Shown here one piece after another: positions 1 to 9,984 of a stretch of DNA of 64,000 bases (position 1 is the first letter of the stretch; each line of letters starts with the position of its first letter). The DNA lies in NCBI GenBank assembly GCA_963738315.1, contig CAVTVT010000003.1, forward strand, positions 1,466,595 to 1,530,594, read 5' to 3'. The notes beneath the pieces are model-generated. The model saw only the letters and a list, made by a program, of their open reading frames with translations. It was not told where the DNA came from and did no database searches. This stretch comes from Vicinamibacterales bacterium (GTDB lineage: Bacteria > Acidobacteriota > Vicinamibacteria > Vicinamibacterales > JAMQPK01). Both the position numbers and the translations under genes were made by a program.

Positions 1-495
1 CCTTCGCCGCGCGACGCCTTTGTCGCGCAGCCTCGCCTCGACGACCTCGGGCACCAGGCCGCTCACGCGCCCGCCGAGCGAGAACACTTCCTTGATGAGC
101 CGCGAGCTGATGTACGTGTACTGCTCGGCCGGCATCATGAAGACCGTCTCCACGTGCGGGCTCAGGCGCCGGTTCATCAGCGCCATCTGGAACTCGCTCT
201 CGAAATCCGAGAGCGCCCGCAGCCCCCGGACGATGACGTTCGCCTGGCGCCGCTCGACGTAGTCGACGAGCAGCCCGTCGAAGGTGTCGATTTCGACACT
301 CGGATGGCCGCTGAACACCTCGCGCGCGATCGCCACGCGCTCCTCCATGGTGAACAGCGGCGACTTCGCCGCGTTCACGAGGATCGCCACGATGATCTTC
401 TCGAACAGATGCGTGCCGCGCTCGATGATGTCCACGTGCCCGTTCGTCAGCGGATCGAACGAGCCGGGGTAGACCGCGAGTCGGTGTTTACCCAT
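1..495 (-). CDS. coaD: phosphopantetheine adenylyltransferase (3' end lies beyond the left window edge)
   Basis: Absent from the ORF track because there is no stop in the window. Reverse translation from ATG at 495 gives MGKHRLAVYPGSFDPLTNGHVDIIERG...YISSRLIKEV, the PPAT nucleotidyltransferase signature. The start overlaps the rsmD stop. Confidence 0.9.
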   Translation of the reverse strand, partial: MGKHRLAVYPGSFDPLTNGHVDIIERGTHLFEKIIVAILVNAAKSPLFTMEERVAIAREVFSGHPSVEIDTFDGLLVDYVERRQANVIVRGLRALSDFESEFQMALMNRRLSPHVETVFMMPAEQYTYISSRLIKEVFSLGGRVSGLVPEVVEARLRDKGVARRR

Positions 496-1072
496 GCGTG
501 ATTCCGTAGAACGCGAGCGCGCTGTCGCCCGAGGCGACCTCGCGACGCCGCACGAGAGGACCCGCGGAGGCCGGCGGCTCGCGCCGCCGCGCGTGTTCGA
601 GCACGAGCAGCCCGTCGGACGCCACGAGCGCCCCCGCGCCGGCGACGACGGCCGCGAGATCCGGCTCGTCGTAGGGAGGATCGAGCACCACCAGATCGTA
701 CGGTCCGTCGGCCGCGGATCCCGCGGCGCCGCCCCGTCGGCCGTGCTCCACGCCTTCGTCGGGACAACGCCCGAAGCGCATCCGGATGATAGCATAGCGG
801 TCCGAGACGCCGCAGCGCTCCAGGTTCTCGCGAATCAGCGTGAGCGCGCGGGGATCGCTGTCGGCGAAGGTGACGTGCGCCGCGCCGCGGCTCAGCGCTT
901 CGATGCCGATCGCGCCGGTGCCCGCGTAGCCATCGAGGAGCCGCGCGCCGGCGACCCGCGGCGCGAGGATGTTGAAGAGCGTCTCGCGGAGTTTGTCGGA
1001 CGTCGGCCGGAGCCCGTCCCACGTCGGCGCCGCGAGCCGGCGCCCCTTGAACGCGCCCGCGATCACCCGCAT
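488..1072 (-). CDS. rsmD: 16S rRNA (guanine966-N2)-methyltransferase RsmD
   Basis: ORF 488..1072(-) has the SAM-binding motif LLDGYAGTGAIGIEALSRGA and the VVLDPPY motif. rsmD-coaD is a classic gene pair. Confidence 0.85.
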   Translation of the reverse strand: MRVIAGAFKGRRLAAPTWDGLRPTSDKLRETLFNILAPRVAGARLLDGYAGTGAIGIEALSRGAAHVTFADSDPRALTLIRENLERCGVSDRYAIIRMRFGRCPDEGVEHGRRGGAAGSAADGPYDLVVLDPPYDEPDLAAVVAGAGALVASDGLLVLEHARRREPPASAGPLVRRREVASGDSALAFYGITHG

Positions 1073-3199
1073 CTATCCGATGTCCATCAGCCCGAACCGG
1101 GCGGGCCAGACCTGCGTCAAGGAAACGAGGAGCGCCGCCGTGTCGCGGCTGTCGAGGTGCCGCACCGCCTCCTCCCGGGCCCGCTCCATCAGATCATGGT
1201 CGCGCAGCAGGTCGCCGGTGCGCAGCGTCGGCAGCCCCGATTGTCTCGTGCCGAAGAAGTCGCCGGGCCCCCGCAGACGCAGATCCGCTTCCGCGATCTC
1301 GAAGCCGTCGGCGGTGCCGGTCAGCGCCTGCAACCGCGCCTGTCCAAGCTCGGAAATCGGGTACTGGTACAGCAGCACGCAATGCGATTCGTATCCGCCA
1401 CGTCCGACGCGGCCCCGCAGCTGGTGAAGCTGCGAGAGCCCGAACCGCTCGGCATGCTCGATCACCATGACCGTGGCGTTCGGCACGTCGATCCCGACCT
1501 CGATGACCGACGTCGAGACGAGCAGCTGGATCTCTCCCGCCGCGAAGGCGCGCATCACGCGCTCCTTCCCTTCCGGCTTCATCCGCCCGTGCAGCAGCGC
1601 GACGCGGTGCTCGGGAAAGACGTCCTGCGACAGGTGATCGGCCATGGCCGTGGCGGCCTTCAGATCGACCTTCTCGGACTCCTCGACGAGCGGGTAGACG
1701 ACATACGCCTGGCGTCCCGCGTCCAGCTGCCGGCGCATCAGCTCGTACACCTCCGGCGCGCCTCGATTCGGGCTTCATCGCGGTGGCGACCGGCCGGCGG
1801 CCGGGCGGCATGCCGCGGATCACCGACACGTCGAGGTCGCCGTAGACGGTCAGCGCCAGCGTGCGCGGGATCGGCGTCGCCGTCATCACGAGCACGTCGG
1901 GCGACAGTCCCTTGGCTCGCAGCGTCGCGCGCTGCATGACGCCGAAGCGGTGCTGCTCGTCGATGATCGCCAGGCCCAGGGCGTGAAACCGGACCGCGCC
2001 CTGCACGAGCGCGTGCGTGCCGACCAGCAGGTGCGTATCGCCCGAGGCCAGCCGCGCCAGCAGATCGCGCCGCCGCGCGCCGGTCGTCGACGCGGTCAGA
2101 AGCTCGACGCGGAAACGGGAGCGCTCGAGCAGCGTCCGCAGGCTCAGGAAATGCTGCTCGGCGAGGATCTCCGTCGGCGCCATGAAGGCCACCTGCAGCC
2201 CGTTCTCCATCGCCACGAGCGCGGCCAGCAGCGCCACGATGGTCTTGCCGGCACCCACGTCTCCCTGCAGCAGGCGGTTCATGGGATGCGGCCGCTGCAT
2301 GTCGTCCACGATGTCTTTGAGGGCCGTGCGCTGGCCCGAGGTCAACCGGAACGGCAGGATGGCGCGGGCCGACTCCCGGATGCGGTCGTCGACCGTGATG
2401 GCGGCGGGCTTCGCCTCGCGCGCGGCCGCGCGCCGGCGCGCCAGCATGCCCGGCTGGAACATGAAGAACTCCTCGAAGATGAGCCGTACCTGGGGCGGCG
2501 TCCGGAAGTGGTTCAGCTGCTCGAGCGGGCTCCCGGGCTGAGGAAAGTGCGCGTGCCGCAGCGCCGCTCCGCGGCCGGGCAGCTGCAGGCGCGAGAGGAC
2601 GTCCTGCGGGGAGCGGATCGGCGCAGGTCCGCCGGCAGATGCTCCAGCACGTCGTACACCAGCCGGCGCTGCATCTTCGGCGTCATGGCGCCCGCTTTCT
2701 CGTAGACCGGCACGATCCGCCCGGTGTGCACCGTCGTTCCCTCGCCGCCCTCCTCCTCGTCCCCTTCGATGATCTCGTAGTCGGGGTTCGAGCAGCTGGA
2801 GCCCCGACCGTGCCTCGACCGGACCAAAGAGCACGACCTGCAGCGGTGGCCGCAGCACGTCCTGGAGGAACGCCTGGTTCATCCAGACGCGCCCGAATCG
2901 AACCCGAACGGTCGCCCACAATCGCTTCGAAAATCTTGAATCCGGCGCGCCGGGTGGTGCGAAGCCTCGCGCCCTGGATGCGCCCGGCGATGGCCACCTG
3001 CTGTCCCGCCTTCAGCGTGGAGATCGGATTGCAGGTGCCCGCGGTCCTCGTATCGGATGGGAAAGCGGTACAGCAGATCCTCGATGGTGGCCAGACCGAC
3101 CCGCTGCAGATCGGCAGCGCGACGGGGCCCGACCCCCTTGAGGTATTGCAGCGGGGTCTGGAGGAAGTCAGTCACCGGTGAAAGGGCGGGCGCCGTCAC
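1073..3199 (-). pseudogene. recG: ATP-dependent DNA helicase RecG, reading frame broken about 5 times as sequenced
   Basis: RecG sequence is spread over several minus-strand frames. The N-terminus PLQYLKGVGPRRAADL..RFPIRYEDR is in the tail of ORF 2879..4582. The wedge VAIAGRIQGARL is in 2683..2997. WMNQAFLQDVL and the helicase core GDVGAGKT..DEQHRFG..TATPIPRTL are in 1194..2921. IVPVYEKAG is in 2513..2827, and the C-terminus is in 1073..1750. Frame junctions lie near 3030, 2885, 2785 (G4 run 2783-2786), 2615 and 1757. The start is GTG at 3199 or 3175. Confidence 0.85.
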
Positions 3200-3225
3200 C
3201 GGTCCGGGACCGGTCTGCTGCCGGT

Positions 3226-3841
3226 CTACTGAATGACGATCGCCTGCCCACGGTCGAGCTGGATTTCGCGAATACCGGCCGGCAGTTCGAACGGCTGATC
3301 GATCGAGACGCCCCGGGGGGCCGCCGGTGTGCGCGAGTAGTGCGTCACGATGTCCTGCAGCATCCAGACCGGCACCGGCTACACCGGAGATCGCCGCCGA
3401 CTCCAGCTCGAAGGTCGCGACGCCGTTCTTGGCCTTCAGCAGGCCGCTGGCCGTCACCGGCAGCGCGCCGCCGAGATAGCTGTACGGGTCGAGCATGCCT
3501 CCGCTCGTCTGCCGTGCCTTGGCCACCTCGCCGATATCGACGGTGGCGCGCCCCGCGAGGCGGCCGTCCCCCAGGATCGTCACCTCCGGATCTTTCACGC
3601 CCCTGGGCAGATGATCCGCGAGCTCGTACCTGAGATACGCATTGAGCTCGGTCTCGCTGAAGGCGGTCCGGATGGGAGCATGCGCGCGGCGATCGGTCTG
3701 CTGCCGCTCGACCTTCTCGATCTTGGCGAGCAGCCGGGCGGCGTCGCGCTTCGACACCGGCCCCGGAGCCGCCGACGGCGCGGCGAGGCCGGCGCAGAAC
3801 GCAAACGCCGACACGACGATGGCCCCAACGGGTGCTTTCAT
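3226..3841 (-). pseudogene. secreted hypothetical protein, one frameshift as sequenced
   Basis: ATG at 3841 (within the frame of ORF 2879..4582) opens a signal peptide, MKAPVGAIVVSAFAFCAGLAAPSAA. After ..FELESAAISGV the plausible continuation VPVWMLQDIVTHYSRTPAAPRGVSIDQPFELPAGIREIQLDRGQAIVIQ-stop is in another frame, with the shift near 3385. The stop is at 3228-3226. Confidence 0.5.
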
Positions 3842-3909
3842 GGCGGTTCCCTGAAAAAACAGGCGCAGGACCAGTGTAGCAGAGGGTCCGGGCGGGCCGC
3901 CCGTTCGCG

Positions 3910-4419
3910 TCAGGGGCGGGCCAGAGGGCGGTTGGCGCGATTGGCCTGCCGCGCGCGCATCAGGAGCTGCAGCTTCCGGAGCTCCATCTCCTGCTCGAAC
4001 ACGCGGAACCTGCCCTGTTGGCGCACGTCGAGCACGTCGTCGATCCCGTCGTACGCCCGCTGCAAATCCGCCGCGCTGCGGGTCTGCAGCTCGCGCAGCG
4101 CACGGATGCGATCGCGGATCTCCGTGTCGGACGCCTGCCCCCGGCCGCCGGTGAGCCGGCGGAGCTCCTGAATCAGGCGTCCGCGTTCCACCTCGTCGCG
4201 GCGGCGGGTCTCCTGCAGGGCGCGCAGCTTGGGCAGGAACTGGTTGTACTGCGACTCGCTGAGACCCAGGAACTCCTGCGCCTGGATGATCGCATAGCCG
4301 TCGAGGAGCTTCTGCACCTCGCCCGCACCGAACGGCGGCGGTTCCTCCGCGCGCTGCGCGAAGGCGCTGCCGGCGGCGAGCAGCAGGACGGCGAGTGCCC
4401 CGAACGTGCGCAACCTCAT
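3910..4419 (-). CDS. periplasmic helical protein, Spy/CpxP-like (tentative)
   Basis: ORF 3910..4419(-) has the signal peptide MRLRTFGALAVLLLAAGSAFA and a helical, Q/R/E-rich body. It overlaps the upstream anti-sigma gene by 4 nt, placing it in the ECF operon. Confidence 0.55.
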   Translation of the reverse strand: MRLRTFGALAVLLLAAGSAFAQRAEEPPPFGAGEVQKLLDGYAIIQAQEFLGLSESQYNQFLPKLRALQETRRRDEVERGRLIQELRRLTGGRGQASDTEIRDRIRALRELQTRSAADLQRAYDGIDDVLDVRQQGRFRVFEQEMELRKLQLLMRARQANRANRPLARP

Positions 4420-4913
4420 AGCGGCCTCGCGTCCTTCCCTCTCGCGAGCTCCTCCCGCAGCATCTCCACCACGGCGCGGCGCTCGTCGTCGGAGAGCTGC
4501 GCCGCCGCGCGATACGCGCTGCCGGGCGAGAGCCCGAGATCCGCGGCCTCGCTCCAGTCCAGCTGAGAAGCGACCGCAGCAATCACGGCCAGCGACGCGT
4601 CATCGTCGATCCCGCCGGGGGATGCCGCCGTCGGCTCCGGGGCCGGGGAAATTGCCGCGGCCGCGGGCGGCGGCGCCGCGACGCGTGAGCTGCGCACTCC
4701 CACGGCGAGGCCCAACAGCACCATCGCCAGGGCCGCGCCTCCAGCTGCAATCCCCCAGAGGCTCAGCCAGCGTGGGTGAGCACGGCGCGGCGGCGCGGCC
4801 GCAACCGCCTCGCTCACCCGCCTCGAAAGGTGATCCCAGAAGAGCGGGGAGGGCTCCGGGACGTCGGAGTCGAGCAGGCGTTCGATGATTTCCCGGTCGG
4901 AGCGTTCCGTCAT
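4416..4913 (-). CDS. putative membrane anti-sigma factor
   Basis: ORF 4416..4913(-) overlaps the ECF sigma stop by 4 nt and has a single TM segment, WLSLWGIAAGGAALAMVLLGLAV. Both position and architecture are typical of an ECF anti-sigma factor. Confidence 0.55.
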   Translation of the reverse strand: MTERSDREIIERLLDSDVPEPSPLFWDHLSRRVSEAVAAAPPRRAHPRWLSLWGIAAGGAALAMVLLGLAVGVRSSRVAAPPPAAAAISPAPEPTAASPGGIDDDASLAVIAAVASQLDWSEAADLGLSPGSAYRAAAQLSDDERRAVVEMLREELARGKDARPL

Positions 4914-5542
4914 GACAGTCGTCTCTTCAGATTCCCGAGCGCGTGAAAGAAATTGGCCTTCACCGCACCGACCGTGCTCCCCAGCACCTTCGCGATCTCC
5001 TCGTGCGACAGCTCGTGGTACACGCGAAGAATCACGGTCGCGCGCTGCTTCTTCGGAAGCCGGGCGATCGCGGCCCGGACTTCGGCGGCCCGCTCGGCTC
5101 TCTCGAGCTCCCGGGCGGGATCCTTGGCATCACCGTCCACGTGCGGCCGCGCATCGAGCGGTTCGACGGCCGGCGTCCTGGCCGTCACCTTGTTGAGGCA
5201 GAGGTTCACGCCGATGCGATAGAGCCATGTGGCGAGGGCCGCGCGCCCGTTGAACCGGTGCAGCCCCTTGTACGCGCGAACGAACACCTCCTGCGTGAGG
5301 TCGCTGGCGTCCTCGTGGTTCCCCGCGAAACGATAGCAGAGCCGGTAGACGCTGCGCCGGTGCCGCACCACGAGCACGTCGAACGCCTCCCGGCGCCCTT
5401 CCAGGCAGGCGGCCACCAGCCGGGCTTCGTCCCAGTCCTGCAGCTCCGCGGCGTCGAGCTCGGGGCGCGAATCAGGCTGCACGACGCTCAACGTCCATGC
5501 TCGACTGCCGTTTCGGCCGGCTACTTGGATCTCTGTGGCCAT
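4910..5542 (-). CDS. ECF-type RNA polymerase sigma-70 family factor
   Basis: ORF 4910..5686(-) has region 2 DLTQEVFVRAYKGLHRFNGRAALATWLYRIGVN and region 4 HEEIAKVLGSTVGAVKANFFHA. The start is placed at MATEIQ (5542) so that the gene sits downstream of its ECF-type promoter. Confidence 0.85.
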   Translation of the reverse strand: MATEIQVAGRNGSRAWTLSVVQPDSRPELDAAELQDWDEARLVAACLEGRREAFDVLVVRHRRSVYRLCYRFAGNHEDASDLTQEVFVRAYKGLHRFNGRAALATWLYRIGVNLCLNKVTARTPAVEPLDARPHVDGDAKDPARELERAERAAEVRAAIARLPKKQRATVILRVYHELSHEEIAKVLGSTVGAVKANFFHALGNLKRRLS

Positions 5543-5576
5543 TGCGGGCGCGGTGACACCATTCTCGCTCGAAGGA

Positions 5577-5605
5577 TTAGACCGCGGGCGACCGGGGAAG
5601 GTTAC
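5577..5605 (-). promoter_or_regulatory. ECF-type promoter candidate (GTAACCTTC-N-GTCTAA)
   Basis: The minus strand reads GTAACCTTCCCCGGTCGCCCGCGGTCTAAT about 30 nt upstream of the sigma gene start. The same AACCTTC / GGTCYAAT pair recurs upstream of the second ECF gene at 32444-32471. Confidence 0.45.
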
Positions 5606-5617
5606 ACGAGGAACGCA

Positions 5618-5646
5618 TTGACCTTCGCCTTTCTTTTGCATATAGT
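5618..5646 (+). promoter_or_regulatory. sigma-70-type promoter of lexA
   Basis: TTGACC (5618-5623), a 17-nt spacer, then TATAGT (5641-5646). It is followed by AAGGAGG (5655-5661) and GTG at 5670. Confidence 0.55.
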
Positions 5647-5669
5647 GGCGCCCCAAGGAGGGTTGCGAC

Positions 5670-6275
5670 GTGCTGCCGCTCACCAAACGCCAGCGGGAAA
5701 TACTGGATTACCTGCAGGATTTCATCCAGCAACACGGCTACGCCCCGAGCCTCGAGGAAATCGGCCGGCGCTTCGGTCTGTCGTCGCTCGCGACCGTGCA
5801 CAAGCACCTGACGAATCTCCAGGAAAAGGGGTTCATCAAGCGCGCCTGGAACCGGAGCCGATCGGTCGAAATGGTGCCGGCCACCACCGGCGGCCGCGCG
5901 CTCGACCTGCCGCTGCTCGGCTACGTCGCCGCGGGCGCGCCGATCGAGGCGATCGCCGGCTCGGAGACCATCGCAGTGCCGGAGGATCTGGTCGGGCGCC
6001 GCGATACCTACGTGCTGCGCGTGCGCGGCAACTCGATGATCGACGAGCAGATCTGCGACGGCGATCTCGTGATCGTCGAAGACCGCAAGACGGCGCAGAA
6101 CGGCGAAATGGTCGTGGCCCTGCTCGGCGGCGCCGACGTCACGTTGAAGAAGCTGTACCGCGAGAATGGCCGCATCCGGCTGCAGCCGGCCAACCCGACG
6201 ATGGAACCGATCTTCGCCGACCCGGAGCAGGTACAGGTGCAGGGCGTCGTCGTGGGGGTGATGCGGAAGTATTAA
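5670..6275 (+). CDS. lexA: LexA repressor
   Basis: ORF 5670..6275(+) has an N-terminal wHTH (LTKRQREILDYLQDFIQQHGYAPSLEEIG), the cleavage region VAAGAP, and the S24 peptidase Ser (VRGNSM) and Lys (TLKKL). Confidence 0.93.
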   Translation: MLPLTKRQREILDYLQDFIQQHGYAPSLEEIGRRFGLSSLATVHKHLTNLQEKGFIKRAWNRSRSVEMVPATTGGRALDLPLLGYVAAGAPIEAIAGSETIAVPEDLVGRRDTYVLRVRGNSMIDEQICDGDLVIVEDRKTAQNGEMVVALLGGADVTLKKLYRENGRIRLQPANPTMEPIFADPEQVQVQGVVVGVMRKY

Positions 6276-6284
6276 GATCCCCCC

Positions 6285-6596
6285 ATGAGCGAACCCAAGC
6301 AGATCAACTTCACGATCGTCCCCGACGATTCGGCCGACAGCCCGCGCGCCTACGCCAACTTCTGCGCGGTGAACCACACGCCCTTCGATTTCACCATCAC
6401 CTTTTGCGACATGCCGCCGCTCTCGGAGAAGGACATCCGCGCGGCGGAGTCCGAACATGTCGTTCGGGCGCCGATCAAGGCTCGCGTCGTCCTGTCGCCG
6501 CAGGTGATCCCGAACCTGATCGCCGCACTGCAGGAGCAGCTCCGGATCTTCAGCGATGCCGCGCGCAGCGCCGCGCCCACCGCGCCCGTCCACTGA
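6285..6596 (+). CDS. DUF3467-family protein
   Basis: ORF 6285..6596(+) contains YANFCAVNHTPFDFTITFC, which as far as I recall is characteristic of DUF3467 small proteins. Confidence 0.6.
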   Translation: MSEPKQINFTIVPDDSADSPRAYANFCAVNHTPFDFTITFCDMPPLSEKDIRAAESEHVVRAPIKARVVLSPQVIPNLIAALQEQLRIFSDAARSAAPTAPVH

Positions 6597-6621
6597 GCGC
6601 CGCCGCGGCTGCCGAGTGCCG

Positions 6622-7347
6622 ATGAAGACCGCCGCCGAATGCCGCGCGATTCTGCGGACGCTGCAGCGGCAGCATCCGAACGCCAACACCGAGCTGGTGT
6701 TCGAGAACCCGTATCAGCTGCTCGTCGCCACCATCCTCTCTGCCCAAGCCACCGACGCCGGGGTGAACCGCGTGACTCCTGCGCTCTTCCAGCGGTATCC
6801 CGACGCGCACGCTCTGTCGCGTGCGACCGCGGCTGAGCTGGAGCCGCAGATTCGTTCGACCGGGTTCTTCCGCTCCAAGGCGCGCGCTCTGCTCGGGATG
6901 GCGGCGGCGCTGGTCACAGAGCACGGTGGTGAGGTGCCGGCCCGGATGGAGGCGCTGGTTCAACTGCCCGGGGTCGGGCGCAAGACCGCCAACGTCGTGC
7001 TCGGTCATGCCCTCGGGGTGCCCGGTTTTCCGGTCGATCGCCACGTGCTTCGCGTCGCCAACCGGATCGGGATCGCGCAGTCGGCCGATCCTGAGCGGGT
7101 CGAGGCGCAGCTCACGAGCGCGCTCCCCCGCCGCGACTGGATCCTCGACTCCGACACGCTGATTCTCCATGGGCGGCGGATCTGCAAGCCGAAGCCGCTC
7201 TGCAGCTCCTGCGCCGTCCGCCGCGACTGCGATTACTACCGCTCGGGAGCCGCGGTGCCCGCAGGGAGGCGCACGGCGAGGGGCGCCGGCTCGAGACCGG
7301 CGCGGCCCGGCCGCGCGCCGCGCCCGAAGAGCGCCTCTCGCCGGTGA
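6622..7347 (+). CDS. nth: endonuclease III
   Basis: Within ORF 6556..7347(+), starting at MKTAAE. It has the HhH motif LPGVGRKTANVVL and the 4Fe-4S cluster CKPKPLCSSCAVRRDC. Confidence 0.9.
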   Translation: MKTAAECRAILRTLQRQHPNANTELVFENPYQLLVATILSAQATDAGVNRVTPALFQRYPDAHALSRATAAELEPQIRSTGFFRSKARALLGMAAALVTEHGGEVPARMEALVQLPGVGRKTANVVLGHALGVPGFPVDRHVLRVANRIGIAQSADPERVEAQLTSALPRRDWILDSDTLILHGRRICKPKPLCSSCAVRRDCDYYRSGAAVPAGRRTARGAGSRPARPGRAPRPKSASRR

Positions 7348-8168
7348 AGCCCGGCCCCATCCGCAGACGCTTCGGACAGCATTTCCTCGAACCTGCCTGG
7401 GCCGACAAGGTCGTGGCCGCGATGGCTCCCGGTCCCGGCGATTTCTTTCTCGAAATCGGGCCCGGCACCGGCGCGCTCACGCTGAGACTGGCGGCTCGAG
7501 TGGCTCGGGTGACGGCGGTCGAGATCGATCGCGACCTCGTCGCGGCGCTCACGGCGCGCGCCCCCGGGAATGTGACGGTCATTCCGGGCGACTTTCTGGA
7601 AATCGACGCCGCGCCGCTCCTCACCTTGCGCGTCGGTCCGGAGGCTGGGACGCGCCGGGTGAGAGTCGCCGGGAATCTTCCCTACAACGCCTCGTCACCC
7701 ATTCTGTTTCGGTTGCTGGATCTCGCACGGCACAATCCCATTGCCGACGCCACCCTGATGCTGCAGCGAGAGGTGGCCGATCGGCTCGCCGCGGCGCCGG
7801 GGACCTCGGACTACGGCGTGCTCAGCGTGCTCGTGCAATGGAGAACGGGCGTGGAACGGCTGCTGACGCTGCCGCCCGGAGCGTTTCGGCCGGCCCCCAA
7901 GGTCAGATCGGCCCTGGTCCGGCTCACCTTCCGCCCGCCTCCCCTCGCGGTCGCCGACGAAGCGCTGCTCGAGCGGCTCGTCCGCCGCATCTTCACCCAG
8001 CGGCGGAAGATGCTCGTCAATGCGCTGGGCCCGTTTGCCCGCGAGCGGTCGGTCTCCCCCGAGGGGGTGCTGGCGGATGCCGGCATCGACCCGCGACGAC
8101 GTCCGGAGACGCTGCAGCTCGTTGAAATCGCGAGACTTGCCGATGCCTTCAGCGCCTCGTCGGCGTGA
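7344..8168 (+). CDS. rsmA: 16S rRNA (adenine1518/1519-N6)-dimethyltransferase
   Basis: ORF 7344..8168(+) has GQHFL, FLEIGPGTGALT and NLPYN motifs. Its GTG start overlaps the nth stop. Confidence 0.9.
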   Translation: MKPGPIRRRFGQHFLEPAWADKVVAAMAPGPGDFFLEIGPGTGALTLRLAARVARVTAVEIDRDLVAALTARAPGNVTVIPGDFLEIDAAPLLTLRVGPEAGTRRVRVAGNLPYNASSPILFRLLDLARHNPIADATLMLQREVADRLAAAPGTSDYGVLSVLVQWRTGVERLLTLPPGAFRPAPKVRSALVRLTFRPPPLAVADEALLERLVRRIFTQRRKMLVNALGPFARERSVSPEGVLADAGIDPRRRPETLQLVEIARLADAFSASSA

Positions 8169-8317
8169 GCTGTGCTATTCTGCTGCCCTCTCCAGCAGGC
8201 AGCACCCAGCAGCCTGAAAGCGCGCCGCGCGCTCACCGCGCCGTCGCGACACTCCAGCCGAGCGCCACGCTCCCTCTCGAGCGCTCGCGGAGGTGTCTTC
8301 CGAGCGCTAGGAGCTTC

Positions 8318-9984
8318 ATGAGCACACTGGACGTCGTCCCGCTGGGCGGCCTGGGCGAATTCGGCATGAACCTGATGGCCGTGTCGACCGATCACACGAC
8401 GCTGATCATCGACGCGGGCGTCATGTTCGCCGGCCCCGAGCTGCCGGGCGTCGATCTGCTCATCCCCGACCTGAGCTATCTGCAGCAGGCGGGCCGCCGG
8501 CCGTCGGCGCTGGTTCTGACGCACGGCCATGAAGATCACATCGGCGCCGTGCCGTACGTCTGGCCGCTCATCGACGGTCCCGTGTACGGAACTCCGCTCA
8601 CCCTCGCCCTCGTGCGGCCGAAGCTCGAGGAGCACGGGATCGATCCCGGCGACCGGCTCGTGCCTGTCACCCCCCGCGATCGTGTCCGTGTCGGCGACTG
8701 CGAGGTCGAGTTCCTCCGGGTCACCCACAGCATGCCGGACTGCGTCGCGCTCGCCGTCCACACGCCGGCCGGGACGATCGTGCACACCGGCGACTTCAAG
8801 ATCGATCAGACGCCGATGGACGGCCAGCACTTCGACGTGCACCGGTTCGCCGAGCTCGGCGCAGGCCGGCGTGCTGGCGCTGTTCGCCGACAGCACCAAC
8901 ATCGACCGCAGGGGCGTCACCGGCTCGGAGCGCGACGTGATCGAGGCATTCGAGGAGATCTTCACGAGCGCGCCGGCGAAGCTGGTCGTCACGGCGTTCG
9001 CCTCCAGCGTGTACCGGATGCAGATCCTCGTGGATCTGGCCGCCCGCTTCGGCCGGAAGGTGGCGTTCGTCGGGCGCGGCATGGTGGAGATCTCCGAGAC
9101 CGCCCAGCGGCTCGGCTACCTCTCGCTTCCCGCCGGACGCGTGATTCGCGATACCGAAGTCGCCGGGCTTGCCCCTTCCGAGGTGCTCTGCCTCACGACC
9201 GGATCGCAGGGCGAACCGTTCTCGGCGCTCTCCCGCATCGCCATCGACGATCACCGGCACGTGAAGGTGGGGCCCGCCGACACGGTGGTGTTCTCGGCTC
9301 GCGCGATTCCGGGCAACGAGAAGGCGATCGCGCAGATCCACAACCACCTCGCCCGGCGCGGAGCCGAGGTGATCTACGAAGGGCATCAAGCACGTGCACG
9401 TGTCCGGGCACGGCAGCGAGGAAGAATTGAAGCTGATGCTCTCGCTCGTGCGGCCGCGGTACTTCATCCCGATCCACGGCGAGTACCGCCAGCTGTCGCA
9501 GCATGCCCGGGTGGCGGGGCGCGTGGCGACGGGGTTCGAACCGGCGGTGGACGTGCTGCTGGCCGAGAACGGCGACGTGGTGCGCTTCGACGCCTCCGGC
9601 GCGACGGATAGCCGGCAAGGCGCCGGCCGGACGCGTGCTGATCGACGCGACGGGCTCTGGAGAGGTGGCGGACGAGGTGCTGCGCGATCGCCGCCATCTG
9701 GCCGAGGATGGCCTCCTCGTGCCTGTCGTCGCCATCAACAAGCAGACCGGCAGCCTCGAAGGCGACCCGGACGTCGTGAGCCGCGGCCTGGCGCAGGACG
9801 CCGGCAGCGTGGACTTGCTGCGCGAGAGCACCGCCTGGTGAGCGAAGTGATTCAGACGGCGAGTATCGAAGAGCGCACCGACCAGGGACTGATCAAGGAG
9901 AAGATCCGGGTCGAGCTGCGGCGGTTCTTTCGCAAGCGGGCGGGCCGCCGGCCGCTCGTGCTGCCGGTGATCATGGAGGTATGA
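8318..9984 (+). pseudogene. rnj: ribonuclease J, reading frame broken about 4 times as sequenced
   Basis: ATG at 8318 follows TAGGAG. The metallo-beta-lactamase motif LTHGHEDHIG is in ORF 8165..9430. The sequence continues as AGVLALFADSTNIDR.. in 8529..9611, KHVHVSGHGSEEELKLML in 9394..9984, GRVLIDATGSGEVADEVL in 9503..9841, and then returns to the 9394..9984 frame for the C-terminus. Junctions lie near 8866, 9383, 9608 and 9832. Confidence 0.85.

Noticed and set aside
5601-5614. Imperfect dyad GTTACACGAGGAAC upstream of lexA as a LexA (SOS) box
   Set aside because: Only 10 of 14 positions are symmetric and it lies upstream of the lexA -35 rather than overlapping the promoter. Its left half is the GTAACCTTC -35 element of the divergent ECF promoter, which recurs at the second ECF gene.
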